NCBI GenBank assembly: GCA_965203905.1
Contig: CBDBDQ010000005.1
Span: forward strand, 3,776,001-3,840,000
Length of the DNA stretch: 64,000 nt
Reading direction: 5' to 3'
DNA from: Spirochaetia bacterium
GTDB lineage: Bacteria; Spirochaetota; Spirochaetia; SZUA-6; Bin103
In this document: piece after piece, positions 54,488 to 64,000 of the stretch
How the letters are laid out: each line of letters begins with the position of its first letter
Position numbering within the stretch: the first letter of the stretch is position 1
The notes under the pieces: generated by a model
Seen by the model: only the letters and a program-made list of their open reading frames with translations
Database searches by the model: none
Told to the model about the DNA's origin: nothing
Program-made: the position numbers and the translations under genes

Positions 54488-56464
54488 GTGCCGCGCTACC
54501 TGGAGGTGGCGTTCAACCTCCCGCTGCTGCAGCACTTCACCTACCTCGACCTGGAGGACGCCGCTACCGAACCCGGCGTGCGGGTGGTGGCGCCGCTGGG
54601 CCGGCGGCGGGTCACCGGCTTCGTCGTGGGCGTGCCGCGGCGGGCGCCGCAGGGGGTGGAGCTGCGTCCCATCGGGCGCCGGGTCGACGCGCAGCCGGTG
54701 TTCGACGGCGCGCTGCTGGAGCTGGCGCGCTGGGTAGCGGACATGTACCTGTGCTCGCTCGGCGAGGCACTGGCGGCGATGATCCCGGCCGGCCGGCGCG
54801 AGACGCTGCACGACGACTTCGACTCCGGGGTGGAGAGTTGGCGCGACCACGCGCTCACCGACGAACAGCAGCGTGCGGTTGCCGCCCTGACGGCGCCGCT
54901 CGACACGGCGGCCTCCGCCACGGTCCGATCGCGGCGATTCTACCTGCGCGGCGTGACCGGTTCCGGCAAGACCGCGGTGTTTCTGGAGGCGGCTCGGCGC
55001 ACGGTCGCCACCGGTCGCAGCGTGATCTACCTGGTACCGGAGATCTCGCTGACGCACCAGGTGGTGGATCAGTTCAGTGACGTGTTCGGGGCTCAGGTCG
55101 CGGTGATCCACTCGGCGCTCACGCCGTCGCAACGGCTGCAGCAGTGGGGCCGGATCAGGGGCGGTGAGGCGCGCGTGGTGATCGGCGCCCGCAGCGCGGT
55201 GTTCGCACCGTTGCGCAACCTGGGAATGATCGTGCTCGACGAGGAGCATGAGAACTCCTACAAGTCGAGTGCGACGCCACGCTACCACGCACGCCAGGTT
55301 GCGATGCACCGCTGCACTCGGGAGGGCGCCACCCTGGTGATGGGCAGCGCCACACCCTCCCTGGAGGCGCTCCATCACATGGACAACGGTCGCCTGCAAC
55401 GGCTCGACCTGACCCGCCGGCCGGGCCGGGGACGCATGCCGGCGATCGAGGTGGTGGCGATGAAGGGCCAGACCGGACCGCTGTCGGAGCGGTTGGTGGA
55501 GGAGATCCGCGCCGCGGCCGCCGCCGGCCGGCAATCGATCCTGTTTCTCAACCGCCGCGGGTTCGCCTACTTTTTCCACTGCCGGAGCTGCGGGTTCGAA
55601 ATGCACTGCGCCCACTGCTCGGTGACTCTGACCTACCACAAGGCGACCCGCGCCATGCTGTGCCACTACTGCGGCTTTCGCGCCGCACCGATGCAGGTGT
55701 GTCCGCAGTGCTCGTCGCTGGACGTCGGGTACACCGGTTACGGCACCCAGCGGGTGGAGGAGGAGCTGGCGGCGGCGCTGCCGGGACTCCGCGTGCGGCG
55801 CCTGGACACCGATGCCGCGCGCAACCGGCGCGAGCTGCGCACGGCGCTGGCGCAGTTCCGGGCGGGGGAGCTGGACGTCCTGGTTGGCACCCAGATGGTA
55901 GCCAAGGGACTCGACTTTCCCGGCGTACGTCTGGTCGGCATCATCAACGCCGACACCGGGTTGCACCTGCCTGACTTCCGCGCCGCGGAGCGCACCTTCA
56001 ACCTCATAGTCCAGGTGTCGGGTCGCGCCGGCCGTACGCTGCCGGATGGACGGGTGCTGGTGCAGACCTACCTGGCCGACCAGTACGCCATCCGTCTCGC
56101 CGTGCAGGGACGTGCCGAGGAGTTCTATCGCCGCGAGGTCGCGCTGCGCAGGGAGCTTCGCTTCCCGCCCTTCGTACGCCTGATCCGTATCGTGATCCGT
56201 TCCCGCAGCGAGCAGCGCGCCCACGCCGCCGCCGGCAGCTTCGCCGAGCAACTGCAGCGGCGGCGCGGGGCGGCGACCGGCGAGGTGCTGGGGCCGGTGG
56301 AGTGCCCGATCGAGCGCATCGCCGGCAACTATCGCTGCCACATGCTGCTGCGGCACACCACGCTGGGTCCGCTGCACGCCTGGGTGCAGCGCACCTGCCG
56401 CGGGTTCCGGCTGCCGGCGGGAGTCCACCTGGAGGTGGACGTCGATCCCACCTCCGTGCTGTGA
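54488..56464 (+). CDS. priA: Primosomal protein N'
   Basis: GVTGSGKT, LVPEISLT, GARSA.FAP, DEEHE.SYK, GSATPS, zinc CxxC repeats, GTQMVAKG.DFP, QVSGRAGR. Confidence 0.95.
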   Translation: MPRYLEVAFNLPLLQHFTYLDLEDAATEPGVRVVAPLGRRRVTGFVVGVPRRAPQGVELRPIGRRVDAQPVFDGALLELARWVADMYLCSLGEALAAMIPAGRRETLHDDFDSGVESWRDHALTDEQQRAVAALTAPLDTAASATVRSRRFYLRGVTGSGKTAVFLEAARRTVATGRSVIYLVPEISLTHQVVDQFSDVFGAQVAVIHSALTPSQRLQQWGRIRGGEARVVIGARSAVFAPLRNLGMIVLDEEHENSYKSSATPRYHARQVAMHRCTREGATLVMGSATPSLEALHHMDNGRLQRLDLTRRPGRGRMPAIEVVAMKGQTGPLSERLVEEIRAAAAAGRQSILFLNRRGFAYFFHCRSCGFEMHCAHCSVTLTYHKATRAMLCHYCGFRAAPMQVCPQCSSLDVGYTGYGTQRVEEELAAALPGLRVRRLDTDAARNRRELRTALAQFRAGELDVLVGTQMVAKGLDFPGVRLVGIINADTGLHLPDFRAAERTFNLIVQVSGRAGRTLPDGRVLVQTYLADQYAIRLAVQGRAEEFYRREVALRRELRFPPFVRLIRIVIRSRSEQRAHAAAGSFAEQLQRRRGAATGEVLGPVECPIERIAGNYRCHMLLRHTTLGPLHAWVQRTCRGFRLPAGVHLEVDVDPTSVL

Positions 56465-56556
56465 CGCGCCGGCCGCTTCCAGCACGCCCCGCGCCCCCGC
56501 ACGGCACGCAGCATGTCTGGCAGTTGCGTTGCGGCGCGGCTATAATGTCCCCATTC

Positions 56557-57066
56557 ATGTTCGCCATCGTCACGCTCGGCCACCCAGCGCTTCGCCGGCG
56601 TGCCGATCCGATTCCCGAGGTCACCCCCGAGGTGCGCCGCCTCGCCGGCGAGATGATCGCCGCCATGAAACAGCGCGAGGGAATCGGCCTCGCCGCCACC
56701 CAGGTCAACCGCATGGTGCGGATGTTCGTGACCAAGGCTCCCGACGATCGGGAACGGGTGTTCATCAACCCCGAGATCATCCGCACCGGTATCGAGACCG
56801 AGGTGAGGGAGGAAGGCTGCCTGAGCATTCCCGGACCGCGCGCCGACGTGGTACGGGCGGCCCAGGTGCGCATCCAGGCGCGCAATCAGCGCGGCCGCCT
56901 GTTCTCCATCGAAGCGCAGGGCATGCTGGCGCGGGTGATACAGCATGAGCTGGATCACCTGAACGGCGTGCTGTTCATCGACCACCTGAGCGAGGCGGAA
57001 CGGGCGCGGGTGCTGCGCGAATACGCCGAGCGCGGTGCGCAGGCGGATGCCGAGGATCGGTCGTAG
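56557..57066 (+). CDS. def: Peptide deformylase
   Basis: GIGLAATQV, EGCLS, QHELDHLNG; TATAAT at 56541. Confidence 0.95.
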   Translation: MFAIVTLGHPALRRRADPIPEVTPEVRRLAGEMIAAMKQREGIGLAATQVNRMVRMFVTKAPDDRERVFINPEIIRTGIETEVREEGCLSIPGPRADVVRAAQVRIQARNQRGRLFSIEAQGMLARVIQHELDHLNGVLFIDHLSEAERARVLREYAERGAQADAEDRS

Positions 57067-57069
57067 CCG

Positions 57070-58032
57070 GTGCGCATCGTGTTCGCGGGGACCCCGGACT
57101 TCGCCGTGCCCGCGCTCGATGTCCTCCACGACGCCGAGCTGTGCGCGGTGCTCACCGCTCCTGACCGGCCCGCCGGCCGTCGCGGCGCGTTGCGGGCGCC
57201 TGCGGTGAAGCGCGCGGCGTTGGCACGCGGTCTCAGCGTGCTGCAACCGGAGCGCCTGGGGCGCGCGTTCACGGCCGAACTGGCGCGGTTGCAGCCTGAC
57301 CTGCTGGTGGCGGTGGCGTATGGCAAGGTTTTCCGTCCCTACTTTCTCGCCATCTTCGCGCGCGGCGGACTCAACGTGCATCCTTCGTTGCTGCCCCGGT
57401 GGCGCGGACCGGCACCCATACCCGCTGCCATCCTGGCTGGCGCACGGCACACCGGGGTGACGGTGCAGCGGCTGGCGGCGGAGGTGGACGCCGGCGACAT
57501 CATCGCGCAGCGCGAGCAGCCCCTGGAGGGCACCGAGACCACCGGCTCCTTGACACCGCGGCTTGCCGAGCTCGGCGCCACGCTGCTGCGCGAAGCGGTG
57601 GACGCGGTGGCAGCCGGCACCGAGCGGGCGCGACCGCAGAACGCGGCGGATGCCACCTATTGCGCGCTGCTGCGCAAGGAGCACGGCGGTATCGACTGGC
57701 GCCGTCCGGCCGCGGCCATCGAGCGCGCGGTGCGCGCCTACGATCCATGGCCGCGCGCCTTCACCACCTGGGACGGGCGCCAGCTCCTGGTCCTGGAGAC
57801 CGCGGTGGAGCGCGCCGGCGATGGCGCGGGGGAAGTGGCGCCGGCGGCTCCCGGACAGGTGGTCGCGGTGGACCGCGAGCGCGGAATCCTGGTGCATACG
57901 GGCGCGCAGCGGCTGTGGATCAGGCGCCTGCAGCTGCAGGGAAGGAAGCCGCTGGATGCGCGCGCCTTCGCCAACGGCCACCCCGGGATCGTCGGCTCGC
58001 GACTCGGCCCGACGCCGGCCGCCGAGCGCTGA
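57070..58032 (+). CDS. fmt: Methionyl-tRNA formyltransferase
   Basis: RIVFAGTPDFA, PDRPAGR, VAYG, NVHPSLLPRWRGPAP, DAGDI. Confidence 0.95.
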   Translation: MRIVFAGTPDFAVPALDVLHDAELCAVLTAPDRPAGRRGALRAPAVKRAALARGLSVLQPERLGRAFTAELARLQPDLLVAVAYGKVFRPYFLAIFARGGLNVHPSLLPRWRGPAPIPAAILAGARHTGVTVQRLAAEVDAGDIIAQREQPLEGTETTGSLTPRLAELGATLLREAVDAVAAGTERARPQNAADATYCALLRKEHGGIDWRRPAAAIERAVRAYDPWPRAFTTWDGRQLLVLETAVERAGDGAGEVAPAAPGQVVAVDRERGILVHTGAQRLWIRRLQLQGRKPLDARAFANGHPGIVGSRLGPTPAAER

Positions 58033-58040
58033 CGGTACCC

Positions 58041-59027
58041 ATGGCGTCGCCTGATCCCCGAACGCCCGCTCCACCCGTGGTGAGCGGCATGCGGTTGACC
58101 GTGCTCATCTGCGGCGTGCTGGTGGTGAGCGGTCTCATTGCGTTTTTCGCCGCGGTGCGAGGGGAAGAGGAGACCCTGGTTCCCAACGTGGTGGCCGAGG
58201 ACCTGCTGGCGGCGATCAGCATGCTGCAGGAGAAGTCTCTCGCGCCGCGGGTCGAGGGACGGGTCTCGTCCGATCACGACAAGTGGACGGTCATCGAGCA
58301 GGAACCGGAGGCCGGCACCCTGGTGAAGGCGGGGCGGCCGGTCCTGCTGGTCGTCAGTCGCGGGCCGATCATCGACCGGGTGGGCGACTACGTCGGCCGC
58401 GACCTGGACGAAGTGCGGCTGGAGCTGCAGACCGTGTTCGCCTCCTATCGCGAGCTGATCAAGATCAAGGAGCCGGTGGCGCGCGTGAGCGACGCCGCGG
58501 CGGCCGGCACCATCCTGGCGCAGAACCCCGCCCCGCAGACCCCGATCGACGGTGTCGTGGTGCTGGAGCTGGTGGTGAGCAAGGGTCCCAAGGGCGACCT
58601 GATCGAACTGCAGAACTACGTCAACAGGCCGTTCCAGGAGGTGCGTGACGAATTGGCCGTGCTCAACCTGCCGTTCGTGTTCCGGGTGCGCGCCGCGCGC
58701 GAGGGAGAGGAAGCGGGCAGCATCGTGTCGCAGTCTCCCACCGCGGGCCAGGAGATCCCCTACAGCTCGATTCTACAGCTCGAGATGACGGCACCGGCCG
58801 AGTTGCCCGAGGAGATGGCGTTCGGGTTGCTGGAGGCGTCGTTGCCCGACTATCCGATCCTGGTGGACTTGAAACTGGAGGTGATCACCGCCACGGAGCG
58901 GCGCGAGTTACTGGCGATGAAGCATCCCGGCGGCCCCATATCGATTCCCTACCTGGTGGAGGCGGACAGCCAACTGGTGCTGTCGATGTTCGACGACGAG
59001 ATCCTCACCCGTCCGGCCCGCCACTAG
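58041..59027 (+). CDS. PASTA domain membrane protein (spirochaete type)
   Basis: N-terminal TM; three PASTA-like repeats (VPNVV...Q.P..G..VK.GR...VVS.GP); follows fmt. Confidence 0.8.
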   Translation: MASPDPRTPAPPVVSGMRLTVLICGVLVVSGLIAFFAAVRGEEETLVPNVVAEDLLAAISMLQEKSLAPRVEGRVSSDHDKWTVIEQEPEAGTLVKAGRPVLLVVSRGPIIDRVGDYVGRDLDEVRLELQTVFASYRELIKIKEPVARVSDAAAAGTILAQNPAPQTPIDGVVVLELVVSKGPKGDLIELQNYVNRPFQEVRDELAVLNLPFVFRVRAAREGEEAGSIVSQSPTAGQEIPYSSILQLEMTAPAELPEEMAFGLLEASLPDYPILVDLKLEVITATERRELLAMKHPGGPISIPYLVEADSQLVLSMFDDEILTRPARH

Positions 59028-59031
59028 CGAC

Positions 59032-59060
59032 TGGACAGTACGGCACGGCTGGGGTATGCT
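59032..59060 (+). promoter_or_regulatory. Putative tRNA-Gly promoter
   Basis: TGGACA-N17-TATGCT, 10 nt before the tRNA. Confidence 0.55.
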
Positions 59061-59070
59061 GCGTCAAGCT

Positions 59071-59142
59071 GCGAGCGTCGTATAATGGTTATTACCCGAG
59101 CTTCCCAAGCTCGTGACGAGGGTTCGATTCCCTTCGCTCGCT
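59071..59142 (+). tRNA. tRNA-Gly(CCC)
   Basis: Acceptor GCGAGCG/CGCTCGC, anticodon arm CGAGC-TTCCCAA-GCTCG, T-arm GAGGG-TTCGATT-CCCTT; no encoded CCA. Confidence 0.95.
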
Positions 59143-59158
59143 TCTCCGATTCGCCGTG

Positions 59159-59506
59159 ATGCAGCGACGAGCTTACCTGATGCGCCTCAAGAAGGAGCGT
59201 GTCGCCGACTACGTGGAAGTGCACCGCAAGGAGAAGGTCTGGCGTTCGGTGGTGGACTGCCTGGTGCGGTCGGGCACCACCCGGATGATCATTCTGCTCC
59301 ACGGGCAGGACGTGATCCTGTACGAGGAAGCCCACGACCTGCAGCATGCGTACCAGGTCCAGAACGCCGACCGGCCGACGCAGCGCTGGGAGGCGATGAT
59401 TGCGGAGTTGATGGAGCAGGCCCCTTACTTCGACGAGATCAAGGGAGACCTGGAATTTCGCGAAGTGCCGATCGTGTTCCACCTCGAAGACGGCAAGCTG
59501 TTGTGA
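59159..59506 (+). CDS. L-rhamnose mutarotase-family protein
   Basis: RRAYLMRLK...ADYVEVHR..VW......G....I.L, QRW...AELM, VF.L pattern. Confidence 0.75.
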   Translation: MQRRAYLMRLKKERVADYVEVHRKEKVWRSVVDCLVRSGTTRMIILLHGQDVILYEEAHDLQHAYQVQNADRPTQRWEAMIAELMEQAPYFDEIKGDLEFREVPIVFHLEDGKLL

Positions 59507-59781
59507 TCGACGGACACAGTCACCTGCTGATGAGCAGTAGCGGGCGGAAGAAGCGCGCGGTCGCCGATCTCACCGAGGTCGATCTGGGCGTGCTGTTCGC
59601 CGGCCTGGATCGGCTCGGCATCGAGCGTGTCGTGTCGCTGGTGCAGGACACCACCCGCGTCTGGGGCGGCTGGCCCACGCTGGCCGACGACGAGATCGCC
59701 GGAATCCTCGACACCACCGTAAGACGTCTCATGCGAATCGAACCCATGCAAGAGCTGGAAACTGGAGGTGGCCGTGGCTGA
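59503..59781 (+). pseudogene. Amidohydrolase_2-like remnant with a large internal deletion
   Basis: N-terminal VIDGHSH...LDRLGIERVV joined directly to C-terminal-like WPTLADDEIAGIL...RRL; only ~92 aa. Confidence 0.55.
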
Positions 59782-60259
59782 GCCTTCGTTCGATCTCGCT
59801 GCTGCGCACCGCTGGTTCGGCGTGGAGCTGAACAATGGCGCGTGGGACGCCCTGTCATCGGGGAGCGTGACGGCGGAGAGTGCGGACGCACATATTCACG
59901 CCGCGCACGCCAGTTGCCATCACTGGATGCAGGTGGGTACGGTCGCCAATCGCGCCCGCGGCGAGTTGACGGTAGCGAACGTCTACGCGGCCGCCGGGCT
60001 GGCGGAGGCGGCGCTGCGCCACGCCCGCCGGTGCCTGGAGCTGACGGAGGAGAATCGGGCGCAGATGGCGGACTGGGACGTGGCCTTCGCCTGCGATGTC
60101 TTGGCCAGGGCGCATGCCGCTGCCGGGCACAACGAGCACGCGCGGCAGGCCAAGGAGCGGGCGCGTGCTGCCGGCGAGGCCATTGCCGATCCGGACGACC
60201 GCAAGTTCTTCTTCGAGTGGTTTGCCGGCGGCAACTGGCACGGACTGTCTGAAGGATAG
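59774..60259 (+). CDS. Conserved hypothetical helical protein
   Basis: GGAGG RBS; HRWFGVELNN.AW, HAAHAS..HW..VG, DWD.AFA...LARA pattern. Confidence 0.7.
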   Translation: MAEPSFDLAAAHRWFGVELNNGAWDALSSGSVTAESADAHIHAAHASCHHWMQVGTVANRARGELTVANVYAAAGLAEAALRHARRCLELTEENRAQMADWDVAFACDVLARAHAAAGHNEHARQAKERARAAGEAIADPDDRKFFFEWFAGGNWHGLSEG

Positions 60260-60283
60260 TCCCCTACCGGTGGACTTCGCCTG

Positions 60284-60964
60284 ATGCCTGTCCTCCGGGC
60301 AGTGCTGTTCGATCTCGACGAGACGCTGCTCGACCGCGCCGGGGCCTACGCCCGCCTCTGCCGGCACTGGTACCGCACCCTGCCGCGAGTAGGCCGGCCG
60401 TCCGCCGAAGAGCGATTCGTGGCCCGGATGGCGGCTTGGGATCAGGCCGGACGGGCGAAGCACGAGTGCTACGGCAGCCTGTTGCAGCTATGGCCCGACT
60501 GCTTTGCCGACGTGGAGACGGCCATCGCCGCACACCGCCGCCTGCTGCCGGAATTCGTCACGCTCGATCCGCGCACCCGAGAACTGCTGATCCGGTTGCG
60601 CCGTGACGGGATCCGCAGTGCGGTAGTGACCAACGGCACCAGCGCCTCGCAGCGGACCAAGCTGCGCAACACTGGAACAGATGACCTGGTGGATGCGATC
60701 GTGGTCTCGGAGGAGGCTGGCGTGGCCAAGCCGGAGCCGGAGATTTTCCAGCACGCTCTGGCAGCGATTGACGCCGACCCCGCGACGACGTTGTTCGTGG
60801 GCGACAATCCCGCAGCCGACATTTGCGGCGCGAAGGGGCTCGGTCTGCTGGCCGCCTGGCTACATCATGGCCGCGACTGGGAGCTGGCCACGCCGCGCCC
60901 GGACTACGTCATCGGCGCGGTGTGGGAACTCGGAGCGCTGCTCGACAGCGCAACCCCGCGGTAA
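60284..60964 (+). CDS. HAD-superfamily hydrolase
   Basis: FDLDETL, VTNG, SEE.GVAKP.P.IF, VGDNP.ADI. Confidence 0.9.
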   Translation: MPVLRAVLFDLDETLLDRAGAYARLCRHWYRTLPRVGRPSAEERFVARMAAWDQAGRAKHECYGSLLQLWPDCFADVETAIAAHRRLLPEFVTLDPRTRELLIRLRRDGIRSAVVTNGTSASQRTKLRNTGTDDLVDAIVVSEEAGVAKPEPEIFQHALAAIDADPATTLFVGDNPAADICGAKGLGLLAAWLHHGRDWELATPRPDYVIGAVWELGALLDSATPR

Positions 60965-61043
60965 GGGCGCGCCGTGAGGCGGCAGGTCATCGCGGGCTGG
61001 TGGTGTTCCGCAGCGCGGCGCGGCAGCCGTTTCGGCCGCGCCG

Positions 61044-62057
61044 CTATTCCCACGGGTGCAGGACGATCTTGGCGGCCTCGCCGGCCGCGAGCAGGCCGAA
61101 GGCGTCCTGGATGCGGCTCATCGGCATGACGTGGCTGATCAGCTTGTCGATCAACGGCGACTCGGCGATCACCCGCATCACCCCTTCGTAGTCGCTCATG
61201 TTGTAGAGCCAGGTGCCGGCGACATGCAGTCCCTTGCGGATCATGTCCGGGCTCACGGTGATGGCCAGCTCCTTCGAGCTCTCGCCGACGAAGGCCACCC
61301 GGCCGCGGCGGCGTACGGCGTCGATGCACAGCCGCTCACCGGCCACGGCGCCGGAGCAGTCGAGCGCACAGTCGACGCCGCGGCCGCCGGTCAGCTCCCG
61401 GATGCGGGCCGCCAGGTCGCCGTCCGCCGGGTCCAGCACCACCTCGGCGCCCAGCTCGCGGCCCAGCGCCGCCCGCCACGGCGCCGGCTCCACTGCCAGC
61501 ACGCGCGCGCCGCGGAAGCGGGCGTTGATCACGCCGCCCAGCCCCACCGGTCCGAGGCCGCTGATCAGCACCGTGTCGAAGGCGTCCACGCCGATCGCCT
61601 GCATGCCGCCGAAGGAGGCTCCGATGCCGTCGATCGCCATCGTCGCCTGCTCGTAGCTGACCCCGTCCGGGATCGGGAGCAGCAGCCAGGAGGGCTTCAG
61701 CACGTAGTGCGCAAAGGTGGTGCTTCCTTCGCGAGTGCCGTGCACCGCGGCGAAGTCGATGGTGTCCTCGCAGTAGATGTAGTCGCCGGCCCGGCACAGG
61801 GCGCAGGTGCCGCACGGGAACTGCGGCATCACCACCACCCGGTCTCCGACCTGCACCCGTCCGGGCTGATCGACGGCCACCACCTCGCCGGCTCCCTCGT
61901 GGCCGATCACTTCCATGCTCCGCCCGGCCATCCACGCCTTGTACTCGGTGCACATGGCCGAGGCGTGCACCTTGACCAGGACCCAGTCGTCCTTCGGCTC
62001 CGGTTTCGACGTCGGAACCACGTCCGCCTGCCGCTCGCCCACGATCCTCGCTTTCAT
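61044..62057 (-). CDS. Zinc-dependent alcohol/polyol dehydrogenase (MDR)
   Basis: C.TE, GHEGAGEVV, CGTCALC...C structural Zn site, GLGPVG. Confidence 0.9.
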   Translation of the reverse strand: MKARIVGERQADVVPTSKPEPKDDWVLVKVHASAMCTEYKAWMAGRSMEVIGHEGAGEVVAVDQPGRVQVGDRVVVMPQFPCGTCALCRAGDYIYCEDTIDFAAVHGTREGSTTFAHYVLKPSWLLLPIPDGVSYEQATMAIDGIGASFGGMQAIGVDAFDTVLISGLGPVGLGGVINARFRGARVLAVEPAPWRAALGRELGAEVVLDPADGDLAARIRELTGGRGVDCALDCSGAVAGERLCIDAVRRRGRVAFVGESSKELAITVSPDMIRKGLHVAGTWLYNMSDYEGVMRVIAESPLIDKLISHVMPMSRIQDAFGLLAAGEAAKIVLHPWE

Positions 62058-62302
62058 GCATTCCTCCTCGCCGTCCCGTGACGGCCGCGCGCGGGTGCAG
62101 GCTCTACCGGTTGCCCGAAAACGTCAATCGGGGAGGCCGCGGCAAGCGCTCCGGGCGGCGTCGGGTGCGCGTCCGGCCGGGGCGCCGGAATCCGCTGGCA
62201 GGGCGGTTTACCAGGCGGCCCGGTTGTGCTTCCGTTAGGCAACATCCGCGGTGTCGCGCGGGCCTCCGGAACCGGCCCACCGGCGCTGCACGGGAGCACG
62301 AC

Positions 62303-63394
62303 ATGAAGATCACCGGCGTTCGCGTCGAGAGCTACAGGTGGCCGCGCCGGCGGCCGATTTCCAACGGCCTGCACACCTACACCCACAGCGGGGTGGGGTT
62401 CGTATTCATCGATACCGACGACGGGGTCACCGGGATCGGCATCGGCGCCAGCAAGGTGGGAGTCATCCGTGCCGCCATCGAGCACTTCACTCCCATGCTG
62501 ATCGGCGAAGACCCGATCGCCGTGGAACGGCTGTGGCACAAGCTGTGGGTACCCAAGCTGGTGGGCCGCCGCGGCCTGACCACGCGTGCCATCAGCGCCA
62601 TCGACATTGCCCTGTGGGACCTGCGCGCCAAGGTTGCGGGCATGCCGCTGTACAAGCTGCTCGGCGGCTTCCGCCAGCGCGTGCCCACCTACATCGCCGG
62701 CGGCTACTACGAGGATGGCAAGGGACTGAAGGAGTTGCAGGAGGAGCTGGCCGGCCACGTCGAGGCGGGTGCCAAGGCGGTGAAGATGAAGATCGGCGCG
62801 GTGCCGATCCCCGAGGACGTGGCACGGGTGAAGGCGGCGCGCGAGGCGGTGGGTCCTGACGTCAAGCTGATGATCGACGCCAACTGCGCCTACCGCTGGT
62901 ACGAGGCGGTGCAGCTCGCCGAGCGGGTGGCGGAGTACGATCCGTTCTGGTTCGAGGAACCGATCGCGCCCGACGACTACGAGGGCCATCGGCGCATCGC
63001 CGAGAAGACCACGATCCCGATCGCCACCGGCGAGAACGAGTACACCCGCTACGGGTTCCGCGACCTGATCGCCACCGGCAGCGTCCCGATCCTGAACCCC
63101 GACGCGGTGGTGCTCGGCGGCATCTCCGAGTTCATGAAGGTGACGGCGCTGGCCCAGGCCCACGACCTGGTGATCGCCCCGCACGGCCCCCAGGAGGTGC
63201 ACATCCACCTGCTGGGAGCGATCGCCAACGGCCTGATCCTGGAGTTCTACCCGCGCTACCTGGATCCGATGTGGGGCAAGATCTACACCGAGACCCTGAC
63301 CCTGAACGACGACGGTACCGTGAGCCCGCCCGAGGTGCCGGGCATCGGCCTGGAGCCGCGTTACGACACGCTCCAGCAGTACCGCGAGGCGTAG
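62303..63394 (+). CDS. Mandelate racemase-subgroup enolase-superfamily enzyme
   Basis: SAIDIALWDL, VKMKIG (KxK), IDAN, WFEEP, TGENE, APH. Confidence 0.9.
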   Translation: MKITGVRVESYRWPRRRPISNGLHTYTHSGVGFVFIDTDDGVTGIGIGASKVGVIRAAIEHFTPMLIGEDPIAVERLWHKLWVPKLVGRRGLTTRAISAIDIALWDLRAKVAGMPLYKLLGGFRQRVPTYIAGGYYEDGKGLKELQEELAGHVEAGAKAVKMKIGAVPIPEDVARVKAAREAVGPDVKLMIDANCAYRWYEAVQLAERVAEYDPFWFEEPIAPDDYEGHRRIAEKTTIPIATGENEYTRYGFRDLIATGSVPILNPDAVVLGGISEFMKVTALAQAHDLVIAPHGPQEVHIHLLGAIANGLILEFYPRYLDPMWGKIYTETLTLNDDGTVSPPEVPGIGLEPRYDTLQQYREA

Positions 63395-63396
63395 CG

Positions 63397-64000
63397 GTGG
63401 GCGAAGTAGCGATTGTCACCGGAGCCAGCCGCGGGATCGGCGCGGCGACCGCGCGGCTGCTGGCCGGGCGCGGGTATGCGGTGTGCGTCAACTACCGCAC
63501 CGAGCCCGAGGCGGCGCAGCGGCTGTGCGCGGAGCTGGGGGCCGGCGGCGGGAAGGCGATCGCGGTGGCCGCGGACGTGAGCGACCCCGCGCAGGTGGAG
63601 CGGCTGTTCGCGACGGTCGACGACGAGCTGGGGCCGCTCACGGCGCTGGTCAACAACGCCGCCGCCATCGGGCCGAGCACGCGGGTGGCGGAGTTGAAGC
63701 TGGAGCACCTGCAGCGGGTGCTGGCGGTGAACGTGGTGGGCGTGGTGCTGTGCACGCAGCAGGCGCTGAAGCGCATGTCGACGGCTGTCGGCGGCCGCGG
63801 CGGGGCGATCGTCAACGTCTCCTCGGGGGCGGCCTATATTGGCGGCCCCGGCGCCAGCGTGCACTACGCCGCCACCAAGGGCGCGGTCAACAGCTTCACC
63901 ATCGGCGTGGCGCAGGAGGTGATGGCCGAGGGTATCCGGGTGAACGCCGTAAGCCCCGGGTTCACCGACACCGCGATGGTGCGCGGTTCCGACTACTCGC
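63397..64000 (+). CDS. Short-chain dehydrogenase/reductase, partial at the window edge
   Basis: VTGASRGIG, VNNA, NVSS, YAATKG, IRVNAVSPG; absent from the ORF track because there is no stop in the window. Confidence 0.9.
   Translation, partial: MGEVAIVTGASRGIGAATARLLAGRGYAVCVNYRTEPEAAQRLCAELGAGGGKAIAVAADVSDPAQVERLFATVDDELGPLTALVNNAAAIGPSTRVAELKLEHLQRVLAVNVVGVVLCTQQALKRMSTAVGGRGGAIVNVSSGAAYIGGPGASVHYAATKGAVNSFTIGVAQEVMAEGIRVNAVSPGFTDTAMVRGSDYS

Noticed and set aside
62058-62302. Riboswitch or ncRNA in the divergent intergenic region
   Set aside because: GC-rich pairing potential only; no recognisable conserved riboswitch motif.
59071-64000. Genomic island or prophage integrated at tRNA-Gly (or at tRNA-Glu 45393)
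   Set aside because: No integrase, no duplicated tRNA 3' end seen in the window, and no phage genes.

Overview
High-GC bacterial chromosome segment, most likely from a spirochaete (Spirochaetia). The signs are the murC-yicC-cmk-like-rpoZ-miaA-bS22 and folP-acpS-truA-udg-priA-def-fmt-PASTA gene orders, the GKSGCGNST kinase P-loop, and an 'LFASGEEE'-type leader on the solute-binding protein. The left ~31 kb and the last ~5 kb are mostly accessory or catabolic: GH116 plus a frameshifted large glycoside-hydrolase-like gene, an AlbA_2/Schlafen ATP-binding protein, three toxin-antitoxin loci (one intact VapBC, two antitoxins with toxin scars), a family-5 ABC transporter with a BNR sialidase-like gene, a truncated HNH element, an M20-fold gene coupled to gpgS, PhyH dioxygenases, enolase-superfamily dehydratases, a sulfatase and CBS-korA-korB-CBS. 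The middle holds a coproporphyrin-type heme operon with a divergent MerR/Xis-like regulator, degP, sucCD, cytochrome c', LOG and DUF3179. There are two tRNAs (Glu-TTC, Gly-CCC). I saw no CRISPR array, rRNA, integrase or transposase. The best candidates for undescribed biology are the putative heme-sensing regulator with phased repeats in the hemA promoter, the in-frame palindromic repeat array in the HNH gene, the apparently catalytically altered M20 protein coupled to GpgS, a Phd antitoxin abutting a Schlafen-domain gene, a Cmk-like kinase in the usual gmk position, and frequent leaderless-type promoters. All product calls come from motif recognition by eye; no database search was run.
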